Assembly: GCA_022843095.1 (NCBI GenBank)
Contig: JALHOH010000001.1
Location: 270,001 to 302,000, forward strand
From: Candidatus Saccharimonadota bacterium
Lineage (GTDB): Bacteria; Patescibacteriota; Patescibacteriia; 2-12-FULL-60-25
DNA length: 32,000 nt
Direction of reading: 5' to 3'
Position numbers and translations under genes: made by a program. Positions 16,087 to 23,158 of the stretch are shown one piece after another; position 1 is the stretch's first letter; every line of letters begins with the position of its first letter. The notes under the pieces were generated by a model. It made no database searches and had not been told where the DNA came from. It was given only the letters and a program-made list of their open reading frames with translations.

Positions 16087-16185
16087 CGGGGTCGGTTCCG
16101 GTACGGTGCACCCACTAAAACCTTAGCACTCGCTGGCCACGTCCTGGACTCTAGGACGCCCCGAATAGGGGCCTGCGAGACAACT
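16087..16185 (+). promoter_or_regulatory. Structured ~100-nt 5' leader of rpsF (candidate S6:S18 autoregulatory leader)
   Basis: Two adjacent, partly overlapping hairpins are present: cgtcct-ggactct-aggacg (16140-16158) and gcccc-gaata-ggggc (16158-16172). They lie between a GTTGACGAA box and the rpsF ATG. Confidence 0.3.
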
Positions 16186-16716
16186 ATGACGACTCAGTAC
16201 GAGTTGCTCTACATCGTTCCGACGTCCTTTACGGACGAAGAAGCCGGAGCGGTGGAGACGACGGTTGCCGGCATCCTTGCGAAGCACGGCGCCACGGTGG
16301 ACGACACGCGCCGCCTTGGAAAATTCAAGCTTGCGTATCCGATCAAGAAGCAGCGCCATGGACACTACGTCCTCGTGCGCTTCACGGCGGAAGGAAAGAA
16401 CATGGTCAAGATCGATACGGAGCTGCGCATTACGCCGTCCGTGTTGCGCCACTTGATCCTCCGCGTGGAAGAAGCCGGGGATACCAAGTACGACCTGGTC
16501 CAGTTCGTGGAAGTGACGGTCGAAGGCAAGGAAGAACGCCGCCGCGCGGGCAAGACCGCCGGGAAGGAAGGTGAAAAAGACGGAGAAGAGGTGAAGGCCG
16601 GTGTTGCCGCCCTTGAAGAAAAGAAGGAAGGCGACCTTGCTGCCTCGACGATGACGTCGGATGAGGTGGAAAAGAAGATCGAATCCGCCTTGAAGGACGA
16701 CGCGCAGGCCGTGTAG
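16186..16716 (+). CDS. rpsF: 30S ribosomal protein S6 with a ~80-aa Glu/Lys-rich C-terminal extension
   Basis: YELLYIV...GKFKLAYPIKKQRHGHYVLVRF... is the typical S6 core. The gene order is rpsF-ssb-rpsR. Confidence 0.9.
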   Translation: MTTQYELLYIVPTSFTDEEAGAVETTVAGILAKHGATVDDTRRLGKFKLAYPIKKQRHGHYVLVRFTAEGKNMVKIDTELRITPSVLRHLILRVEEAGDTKYDLVQFVEVTVEGKEERRRAGKTAGKEGEKDGEEVKAGVAALEEKKEGDLAASTMTSDEVEKKIESALKDDAQAV

Positions 16717-16734
16717 CATTCACAACAGTCATCT

Positions 16735-17211
16735 ATGGATCTCAATCGCGCGCAATTGATCGGCAACGTGACCCGTGACCCGGAATCGCGCACCACGCCC
16801 TCTGGGCAAATGGTGTGCAACTTCGGGATCGCGACGAACCAGGTGTGGACCGACGCCCAGGGGCAAAAACAGACCCGGACGGAGTTTCACAACATCGTCG
16901 TGTGGGGAAAGCTTGCGGAAATCTGCACCCAGTATCTTTCGAAGGGCAAAAAAGTGTTCTTGGAAGGACGGTTGCAGACGCGCGAATGGGAAACGCAGGA
17001 TGCGCAAAAGCGCCGCACCACCGAAATCGTCGCCGAAAACATGATCATGCTGGATCGTGGTGGCGCGCCGGTCGGAGCAGGTGGCGCCCCTGCGCCTCGC
17101 GCCCCCGCGGGCCCGGTGGAGCCAACGCTCTCGCCGCTTCCCGCTGCCGCACAAGCCCTGGAAAAAGGGGTTGGCGACAATGAGATCCGTGTCGAAGACA
17201 TTCCGTTTTAA
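16735..17211 (+). CDS. ssb: Single-stranded DNA-binding protein
   Basis: It has an OB-fold N-domain (LNRAQLIGNVTRDPE...TEFHNIVVWGKLAE...VFLEGRLQTREW), a Gly/Pro/Ala linker and the acidic tip EDIPF. Confidence 0.95.
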   Translation: MDLNRAQLIGNVTRDPESRTTPSGQMVCNFGIATNQVWTDAQGQKQTRTEFHNIVVWGKLAEICTQYLSKGKKVFLEGRLQTREWETQDAQKRRTTEIVAENMIMLDRGGAPVGAGGAPAPRAPAGPVEPTLSPLPAAAQALEKGVGDNEIRVEDIPF

Positions 17212-17266
17212 CCTCATCATTATCCGCGCGCACGCTGGTTGATCCGCTCCTGTCGCGCCTTACCCT

Positions 17267-17482
17267 ATGAACGCCAAGAAAGATCGTCAGTGCCATTTTT
17301 GCCAAGTCAACGCCAAGTCCGTGAACTACAAGGACACGAACACGCTCCGCCGCTACCTTTCCTCGTTCGGAAAGATCGTGCCGCGCAAGCGCTCCGGCGT
17401 CTGTCAGTGGCACCAGCGCAAGCTGTCCCTCGCCATCAAGCGCGCCCGGTTCATGGCTCTTCTGCCATACCTGGTGCAGTAA
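17267..17482 (+). CDS. rpsR: 30S ribosomal protein S18
   Basis: The conserved blocks are YKDTNTLRRYLSSFGKIVPRKRSGVC..HQRKLSLAIKRARFMALLPY. Confidence 0.95.
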   Translation: MNAKKDRQCHFCQVNAKSVNYKDTNTLRRYLSSFGKIVPRKRSGVCQWHQRKLSLAIKRARFMALLPYLVQ

Positions 17483-17492
17483 CAGGCAGTAT

Positions 17493-17521
17493 AAAACCTC
17501 TCTAGAAATAGAGGGGTTTTA
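17493..17521 (+). terminator. Terminator hairpin after rpsR
   Basis: aaaacctctct-agaaat-agaggggtttt is an 11-bp stem with one G-U pair. The T-run forms part of the descending arm. Confidence 0.7.
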
Positions 17522-17557
17522 TTGACCATTCCAGAAAAATGCGGTTCCGTGTTCTGC

Positions 17558-18556
17558 ATGAACACCGAGTTGATTCGCCTGCGGTCGGACGTGGTAAAAC
17601 GCATCCGTCGTTTTTTTGATGACCAGGGATTTACCGAGATGCTGACGCCGCGGTTGGTGGGGTTGCCGGGGCAGGAGCCGTATCTCGATCCGATGTGGAC
17701 CGAAGTGCATCGCGTTGCCGGGGGTGGGGTTCAGGCCGGGACCTTTCCGGCGGCGCTTATCACGTCTCCAGAGTATGCGATGAAAAAGCTGCTCGCTGCC
17801 GGGTTCGACAAGATTTATGATCTCGGTCCCTGCTTTCGTGATGGCGAGCCCTGGGATGGGACGCATGACCCTGAGTTTTTGCTGCTTGAATGGTATCGCC
17901 GTGACGCGGGGTTGGAGGCGTTGTTTCAAGATACCGAGGCGCTGGTGCGTGCCGTTGCGCCGGAGGTCGCGGGTGCTGCCGCGTTTCGTCGATTGACTGT
18001 GAGCGAAGCCATGAAGCAGTACGCGCACGTGGACATGGAACCATTGATCGCGGATCGCGAGGCAATGGCTGATGTTGCGCGTGCCCATGGACAAACCGTG
18101 ACGGATGCGGACACCTGGGACGATCTTTTTTTCAAGATTTTTTTAACCGAGGTTGAGCCGAAGCTTGGGTGGAACGATCAAAAGACGGCGTTTCAGCCCA
18201 CGTTTTTGTACAACTATCCGGCATCGATGGCGGCGCTTGCTCGCAAGGATCCGAACGATCCGCGTTTTGCGTTGCGGACCGAACTCTACATCGGCGATCT
18301 GGAGCTCGCGAATGGGTTTGCCGAGCTTTGCGACGCGAACGAACAACGGGCGCGGTTTCTGGAAGAACGAGCCATGCGCGCATCGCTTGGAAAGCACACC
18401 TGGCCGTTGGATGAGCGGTTTTTGGAAGCGCTTCCAGCCATGGGCGACGCGGCGGGTATCGCGTTTGGGGTGGATCGGTTGGTGATGTTGATTGCGGGAG
18501 TTTTATCCATCAGCGAACTCATGCCCATTCCGGTGCGTGAGCGTTTTCTTCCTTAG
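17558..18556 (+). CDS. epmA: EF-P lysine-lysyltransferase EpmA (PoxA/GenX; truncated class II LysRS paralog)
   Basis: It is colinear with the EpmA pattern: IRRFFDDQGFTEMLTP, ITSPEYAMKKLLAAG, GPCFRDGE...HDPEFLLLEWY, ELANGFAEL.D..EQ..RF, GIAFGVDRLVML. ATG 17558 is preferred over the TTG at 17522. Confidence 0.9.
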   Translation: MNTELIRLRSDVVKRIRRFFDDQGFTEMLTPRLVGLPGQEPYLDPMWTEVHRVAGGGVQAGTFPAALITSPEYAMKKLLAAGFDKIYDLGPCFRDGEPWDGTHDPEFLLLEWYRRDAGLEALFQDTEALVRAVAPEVAGAAAFRRLTVSEAMKQYAHVDMEPLIADREAMADVARAHGQTVTDADTWDDLFFKIFLTEVEPKLGWNDQKTAFQPTFLYNYPASMAALARKDPNDPRFALRTELYIGDLELANGFAELCDANEQRARFLEERAMRASLGKHTWPLDERFLEALPAMGDAAGIAFGVDRLVMLIAGVLSISELMPIPVRERFLP

Positions 18557-18559
18557 TTT

Positions 18560-19024
18560 ATGACAAAAATGACGCTCTGCCTGGCGCGTGAAAATGGAAA
18601 AATCCTGCTTGGTAAAAAGAAGCGCGGATTTGGTATGGGAAAATGGAATGGATACGGCGGAAAAGTCCATGAGGGAGAATCGTGGGAGAATGCCGCCCGT
18701 CGGGAATGGATGGAAGAAACCGAGACGGACGCCGCGTCTTTTGTCTTGCGAGGCGTGTTGCGTTTAGAAGGGGAGAGCGCGGAGCATGAGGTTATTGAAA
18801 TGCGGATCTACGAAGTTCGCGAAATCACTCTGCAACCATTTGAGACCGAAGAAATGGAACAAAAATGGTTTTTAGATTGTGCGTTGCCGTACAAGCAGAT
18901 GTGGCCGGGTGATCGGGTGTGGATGCCATATTTTTTAGCAGGAAAACCTTTTCACGGAACGTTTTGGTACGCGGGTGATCGCTTGTTGCGCCACGAAATA
19001 CACGAGGGCCTGGAAACAAAATAA
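18560..19024 (+). CDS. Nudix hydrolase of the MTH1/NUDT1-like subfamily (oxidised purine NTP pyrophosphatase type)
   Basis: The Nudix box is GGKVHEGESWENAARREWMEETE. The flanking LLGKKKRGFGMGKWNGYGGKV and the C-terminal MWPGDRVWMPYFLAGKPFHGTFWY resemble the MTH1 pattern. Confidence 0.85.
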   Translation: MTKMTLCLARENGKILLGKKKRGFGMGKWNGYGGKVHEGESWENAARREWMEETETDAASFVLRGVLRLEGESAEHEVIEMRIYEVREITLQPFETEEMEQKWFLDCALPYKQMWPGDRVWMPYFLAGKPFHGTFWYAGDRLLRHEIHEGLETK

Positions 19025-19045
19025 CCCCCCGCGTGCCAGGGGGTA

Positions 19046-19579
19046 TCAACCTGTGGGGGGAACGAAGGTTCGGGCAAAGTGCACCAGCGTGTCGATCGCG
19101 TCCGTGTCCAATCCTTCGGGGAGATACCGGTGTGGAAGGACAAGATCCGGGACAAAGTCGTAGGTGCGTTCTGCATCTGCGATCGTACGTGTCGCATTCC
19201 GTTCGGGAAACCCGATGGGCTTCACCAGCACGCAGGCGAGTGGGATACCGGCTGCGCGAAGCTTGGGAAGCACGGACTCGACGACCGCCTGGAATCCGAT
19301 CCCGCGTGTAAGCGTTTCCTCGATCAACGCGCGATCGAAGGCGTAGAAATGATGGGCGTATTCGAGGCACGAGAGAAGGCGTCCCGCTTCCTTTCGAAGC
19401 AGGAGTTCGCCAGGGGAGACAAAGTCGTACCACCGTGCTTCATCCGGGTCGTTTGCCCGAGGAAGACGTGTCGTAACCGATTGGACGATCTGTGCGTTCG
19501 GCACACGCGCGATCGCCTCACGCATGAGCGTCGTTTTGCCGGCACCGCTTGGACCGATGAGACAGATGAACGGGTGCAT
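19046..19579 (-). CDS. Guanylate kinase-like P-loop kinase (divergent)
   Basis: GGAGG lies 6 nt upstream of ATG 19579. It has the P-loop GPSGAGKTTL, then SVTTRLPR and YDFVS as in Gmk. The usual YYGT and lid Arg motifs are not evident. Confidence 0.6.
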   Translation of the reverse strand: MHPFICLIGPSGAGKTTLMREAIARVPNAQIVQSVTTRLPRANDPDEARWYDFVSPGELLLRKEAGRLLSCLEYAHHFYAFDRALIEETLTRGIGFQAVVESVLPKLRAAGIPLACVLVKPIGFPERNATRTIADAERTYDFVPDLVLPHRYLPEGLDTDAIDTLVHFARTFVPPTG

Positions 19580-19679
19580 GAGATCCTCCGTTGCCGAGCC
19601 TATCAAACCGTTTTATCTCTGCAAACCGTTGACGAATCAGGAAAAACGCGCTTGAGTAGTTCGGCTGAAAGGAGCAGGC

Positions 19680-20669
19680 ATGAAGCAGGAGACGGTGGAG
19701 CGTCGAAAAGCATGGCTTGAAGGACGCGGGATCCGGGTGTTTGGGGTGATTCATCCTCCGGATCGAAGTGATGAGGGACACCTCACCCTGATTGGGGCGA
19801 ATTCAGCGGAAGAAGGCCTTTCTTTCTTCAAGATGGGGGAAGCGGCATCGGTGCGTGATGCGCTTCGTCGGGAGCATCTGGTCGGTGGGTGGTGGCGTGC
19901 GTTGTATGGCACGCCGCCCGCGCCCACGCGGCTGCAGCGGTTGAAGCGTTGGTTCGCGGATGCGCCTCCACCGATTGCGTTTCGGGAGACATCGTTCTTT
20001 GAAGAGGAGGGGTACGCCGTGTTGCGCGGGCGATGGATCGACGGAAGATCGTGTGAGCGAGACAGGTATCCGTTGTCCATTCGTGAATGCCACGCGCTTG
20101 GGCTGTACATCGCGTTGCTGCATGATCCGCATTTGGTCGTGCCCGAAGAGATCCGCGACATCAGCGCTCCCCCTCGGGAGAACGCGTGGTATCTGGATAG
20201 ATGCGCGACTGAGTATCTGCCACACGCGGTGCGCCGAGGCTATCTTCCCGACCGGCACGTGAGTCCGCTTCTGCGGCGTTTCGAACGAACGTTGTCGCCC
20301 CGGCGCATTCCGGCGCATGCGGATCTCTGGGATCAGAATCTGGTCCGCGGAGAGGACGGAAGGTTCTGGATCGTGGATTTGGAGATGGCGGGATTGTATC
20401 CCCCAGGGACGGACATCGTGCGCTTTTTTCTGCTCATGGCAGGAAGAAAAGGGCAGAGAGAATTGGCAGAGGAGGCGGCCCGGACGATGCGTGAAGCGAT
20501 GGATGGAATCTGCGAGATTTCGGCAGAAGAATGGTGGTCTGCGACGCTACTCCATCTCGCGTCGATGCTTAACTGGATTCCGGAATCGGGCCCGGTCGAG
20601 GAACGGTTCCGAGCGCTCTTTCTGGAAGTCTTGGAGGGACACGTTCCGTTTCTTCCACGGCGTAGGTAG
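19680..20669 (+). CDS. Aminoglycoside/choline-kinase-family phosphotransferase (APH-like)
   Basis: AAGGAG SD is present. The catalytic loop is HADLWDQNLV, followed by FWIVDLE (H-x-D-x4-N ... D-x-E pattern). Confidence 0.7.
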   Translation: MKQETVERRKAWLEGRGIRVFGVIHPPDRSDEGHLTLIGANSAEEGLSFFKMGEAASVRDALRREHLVGGWWRALYGTPPAPTRLQRLKRWFADAPPPIAFRETSFFEEEGYAVLRGRWIDGRSCERDRYPLSIRECHALGLYIALLHDPHLVVPEEIRDISAPPRENAWYLDRCATEYLPHAVRRGYLPDRHVSPLLRRFERTLSPRRIPAHADLWDQNLVRGEDGRFWIVDLEMAGLYPPGTDIVRFFLLMAGRKGQRELAEEAARTMREAMDGICEISAEEWWSATLLHLASMLNWIPESGPVEERFRALFLEVLEGHVPFLPRRR

Positions 20670-20676
20670 ATGATTC

Positions 20677-20702
20677 CCCGTCGGATCCTCCGACGGGTTT
20701 TT
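20677..20702 (+). terminator. Rho-independent terminator after the APH-like gene
   Basis: cccgtcgga-tcc-tccgacggg is a perfect 9-bp stem followed by ttttt. Confidence 0.8.
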
Positions 20703-20762
20703 GTTGGTTGACGAATCCCCCAAAGATCGGGCATCCTTCCGGCATTCATCTATCGTATTTCT

Positions 20763-21335
20763 ATGGCATCTCCCTCAGACATCAAGAAGGGCGTCGTGCT
20801 CCGGGACCCGCAAGGGCTCTGGGTCGTCGTCGAATTTCAGCACGTGAACCCGGGCAAGGGCGCGGCATTCGTCCGTACGCGCATCAAGAACATCCAGACC
20901 GGCAAGGTGCTGGAAGCCACGTATAAAACCTCGGAAACGGTGGATATCGTGGATGTGGATCACCGCCGCGTGCAGTACCTCTTTCATGACAACACCGGCT
21001 TCACGTTCATGGACCAGGGAACGTACGAACAGGTCACCATGTCGGATGACGACATCGGGGATCAGGCCAAGTATCTTCGTGAAGGGCTTGAGGTGAACAT
21101 GTCGTTGTTTGAGGGTCGTGGATTGGCGATCGAATTGCCACGCAAGATGACGTTCAAGGTCGTGGAAGCGATGGATGCCTCCGCTGGAAACACGGTGAGC
21201 GGTGGTAACATGATGAAGGATGTGACCTTGGATGGGGGAATCGTGGTCCGCGCGCCATTGTTCATCAAGCAGGGAGAAGAGATCGTGGTGAACACAGAAA
21301 CGGGCGAATACGTGGAACGCGCCCAAAAGGGCTAA
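20763..21335 (+). CDS. efp: Translation elongation factor P
   Basis: DIKKG..L......W.VVEFQHVNPGKGAAFVRTRIKNIQTGK contains the PGKG loop with Lys32. The protein has the typical three-domain length (190 aa). Confidence 0.95.
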   Translation: MASPSDIKKGVVLRDPQGLWVVVEFQHVNPGKGAAFVRTRIKNIQTGKVLEATYKTSETVDIVDVDHRRVQYLFHDNTGFTFMDQGTYEQVTMSDDDIGDQAKYLREGLEVNMSLFEGRGLAIELPRKMTFKVVEAMDASAGNTVSGGNMMKDVTLDGGIVVRAPLFIKQGEEIVVNTETGEYVERAQKG

Positions 21336-21342
21336 TCAAAAC

Positions 21343-21373
21343 ACACCCTCGTGAAGAGGGTGTTTTTGTTTTA
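21343..21373 (+). terminator. Rho-independent terminator after efp
   Basis: acaccctc-gtgaa-gagggtgt followed by ttttgtttta. Confidence 0.85.
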
Positions 21374-21383
21374 TGCTGGCGGT

Positions 21384-21929
21384 ATGAAATCGTTTTTGCG
21401 GAGCGCGATTCTTTTGCTTGTGCTCGTGGGGGCAGGATGCCGCGGGTATGAGTTGGGAACCATTCCTACGGATGCTGAGCGCGCACGCCTAACGGACGCC
21501 GAAAAAATCGAGGCGATGAAGGCCTTCGTGGAACGAGAGCCGATTCCAACCCTCTCCGACGAGGAGCGAGATGCGGAACGACGTTTGTCTTGGGGGGTTC
21601 TGGCCGAAGGGACGCCCGAGCGGTTTGCCGAGTTTCAGGAGGGGGCGTTTCATGCGCGGGGAACGGTGAGGGTGGTGCGCGCGCCAGACCGGCGTTGGAC
21701 GTTGGTTTTGATGGACGGATTTCAGGTCGATCCCGCACCGCGCGTGACCGTTACGCTTTTGATGCGAGGAACGGATGGTACAACGTCTGTTCCCATTGGA
21801 CCGCTCAAATCGCATCGCGGGGCTCAGGTGTACCAGCTCCCACCGGAGATAGACGCGTCATCCATCGCGTCCATTCGGTTAGAAAGCGTTCCATTTGACG
21901 CGATTGTGGCGGAAGCGGTCATCAAATAG
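21384..21929 (+). CDS. Lipoprotein with a C-terminal DM13-like domain
   Basis: MKSFLRSAILLLVLVGAGC is a lipobox-type signal. The C-terminus (HARGTVRVV...LVLMDGFQVDPAPRVTVTL...IGPLKSHRGAQVYQLP...) follows the DM13 pattern. ATG 21384 is preferred because the ORF-track GTG 21351 lies inside the efp terminator. Confidence 0.65.
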   Translation: MKSFLRSAILLLVLVGAGCRGYELGTIPTDAERARLTDAEKIEAMKAFVEREPIPTLSDEERDAERRLSWGVLAEGTPERFAEFQEGAFHARGTVRVVRAPDRRWTLVLMDGFQVDPAPRVTVTLLMRGTDGTTSVPIGPLKSHRGAQVYQLPPEIDASSIASIRLESVPFDAIVAEAVIK

Positions 21930-21984
21930 ACTTTTCAACCGTTGGTTTGTTGCGTACCGTTTGGCCGAAGGAGAGAAGTACGGC

Positions 21985-22599
21985 ATGACGAGTACGGTAA
22001 GAACACGTCCAGAAGCGCTGAAGAATCGGTACGCGGGTCTTCGTCACGGTCAAAGCGAAGGGAATGTGCAAGGGGTCGTGGTGAGTGATCCGAAGCGAGG
22101 AGAGAATGGGTTCGGGCTGACCGAAGAGGGAAGGCGGCAGGTGGAACGGTCGGTGCGGGATGCGCTTGAACGGAAGATCATCACGGGAAATGTCGTGGTG
22201 TACACCTCTGATTTTTTGCGCGCCAAAGAAACGGCGGAAATCGCAGTCTCTCTCATTCCTGGAGCGATCCTGCAGTATGCGGGGGCGCTCCGCGAACGTT
22301 CGTTCGGCGAACTGGAGGGGGAGCGCGATACCGTCTATGAAGGGGTGTGGGCACAGGATTTTTACGACGCGACGCACACGAAACGCGGAGTTGAATCCGT
22401 GGCTTCCGTCGCAGATCGGATGCTGCGGTGCATCTCGGGTATCGAGAAAGAGTGGAAGGACTTTACGGTCCTTCTGGTATCCCATGGGGATCCGCTCAAC
22501 ATCCTCTCCGCGGTGTGGGAAGGACGCTGTCTCGAGACCCATCGCAAGCTGAATCCGTGGCAAACGGCGGAAGTTCGTCTTTTTTCTTCCGAAGTCTGA
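21985..22599 (+). CDS. Histidine phosphatase family protein (phosphoglycerate mutase-like)
   Basis: The RHGQSEGN catalytic motif lies near the N-terminus and LVSHGDPL near the C-terminus. ATG 21985 is chosen. Confidence 0.8.
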   Translation: MTSTVRTRPEALKNRYAGLRHGQSEGNVQGVVVSDPKRGENGFGLTEEGRRQVERSVRDALERKIITGNVVVYTSDFLRAKETAEIAVSLIPGAILQYAGALRERSFGELEGERDTVYEGVWAQDFYDATHTKRGVESVASVADRMLRCISGIEKEWKDFTVLLVSHGDPLNILSAVWEGRCLETHRKLNPWQTAEVRLFSSEV

Positions 22600-22601
22600 T
22601 G

Positions 22602-22633
22602 AACCGACGGGAGACTTCCTGTCGGTTTTTTTC
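22602..22633 (+). terminator. Rho-independent terminator after the histidine phosphatase gene
   Basis: aaccgacggg-agactt-cctgtcggtt followed by tttttt. Confidence 0.8.
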
Positions 22634-22660
22634 ATGGCTTGCGTGTTGTTCTGTGAAGTG

Positions 22661-22669
22661 TGCTATACT
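22661..22669 (+). promoter_or_regulatory. Extended -10 promoter box TGCTATACT for pilin 3
   Basis: TG-C-TATACT ends 10 nt before ATG 22680, with no SD in between. Confidence 0.5.
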
Positions 22670-22679
22670 TTCCTCATCT

Positions 22680-23117
22680 ATGCGTCGCGCCAAGGGGTTT
22701 ACCCTCATCGAATTGTTGCTCGTGATTACGATTATCACGATTCTTGCGGCGATCGTGCTGATCGCGATCAACCCGCCACGAAATATCGCTGCGTCCAATA
22801 ATGCGCAGCGCTGGAGCAACATCAATACCATCATCAACGCGATCCACCAATATGCGGTGGATAATGGCGGTCAGCTCCCTTCAACGATCACCACGGGATC
22901 TGTGGAAGTGTGCAAAACCAGTGCGGCTAGCTGTTCAGGGTTGATCGATTTGAGCTCGCTTACGTTTGAAGAACGCTACGTCCTGCGCTTGCCGACCGAT
23001 CCGACAAGTGCGTCCGCAAATGGAACCGGCTATTTCGTCAAAAAAGACGCCTACAACCGTGTAACGGTGAGCGCCCCGTTTGCGCAGCTCGGGGTCACGA
23101 TCGAGGTCAGTCGCTAG
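22680..23117 (+). CDS. Type IV pilin-like protein, paralog 3
   Basis: MRRAKG|FTLIELLLVITIITILAAI. It has the same architecture and conserved blocks as pilins 1 and 2 (NNAQRWSN.NTI.NA..QY, VC.T...SC, LP.DPT.AS.N.TGY, C-terminal IEVSR). Confidence 0.85.
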   Translation: MRRAKGFTLIELLLVITIITILAAIVLIAINPPRNIAASNNAQRWSNINTIINAIHQYAVDNGGQLPSTITTGSVEVCKTSAASCSGLIDLSSLTFEERYVLRLPTDPTSASANGTGYFVKKDAYNRVTVSAPFAQLGVTIEVSR

Positions 23118-23129
23118 GGAAACAGTACC

Positions 23130-23155
23130 AAAAACGAGCCGAAGGGCTCGTTTTT
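23130..23155. terminator. Bidirectional rho-independent terminator between pilin 3 and the convergent surface-protein gene
   Basis: aaaaacgagcc-gaag-ggctcgttttt is a perfect stem with A/T runs on both sides. Confidence 0.85.
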
Positions 23156-23158
23156 GTG

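Noticed and set aside
17519-18094. 191-aa minus-strand ORF opposite epmA
   Set aside because: epmA on the plus strand aligns along its full length with the class II aaRS-like EpmA motifs. The antisense product has no features.
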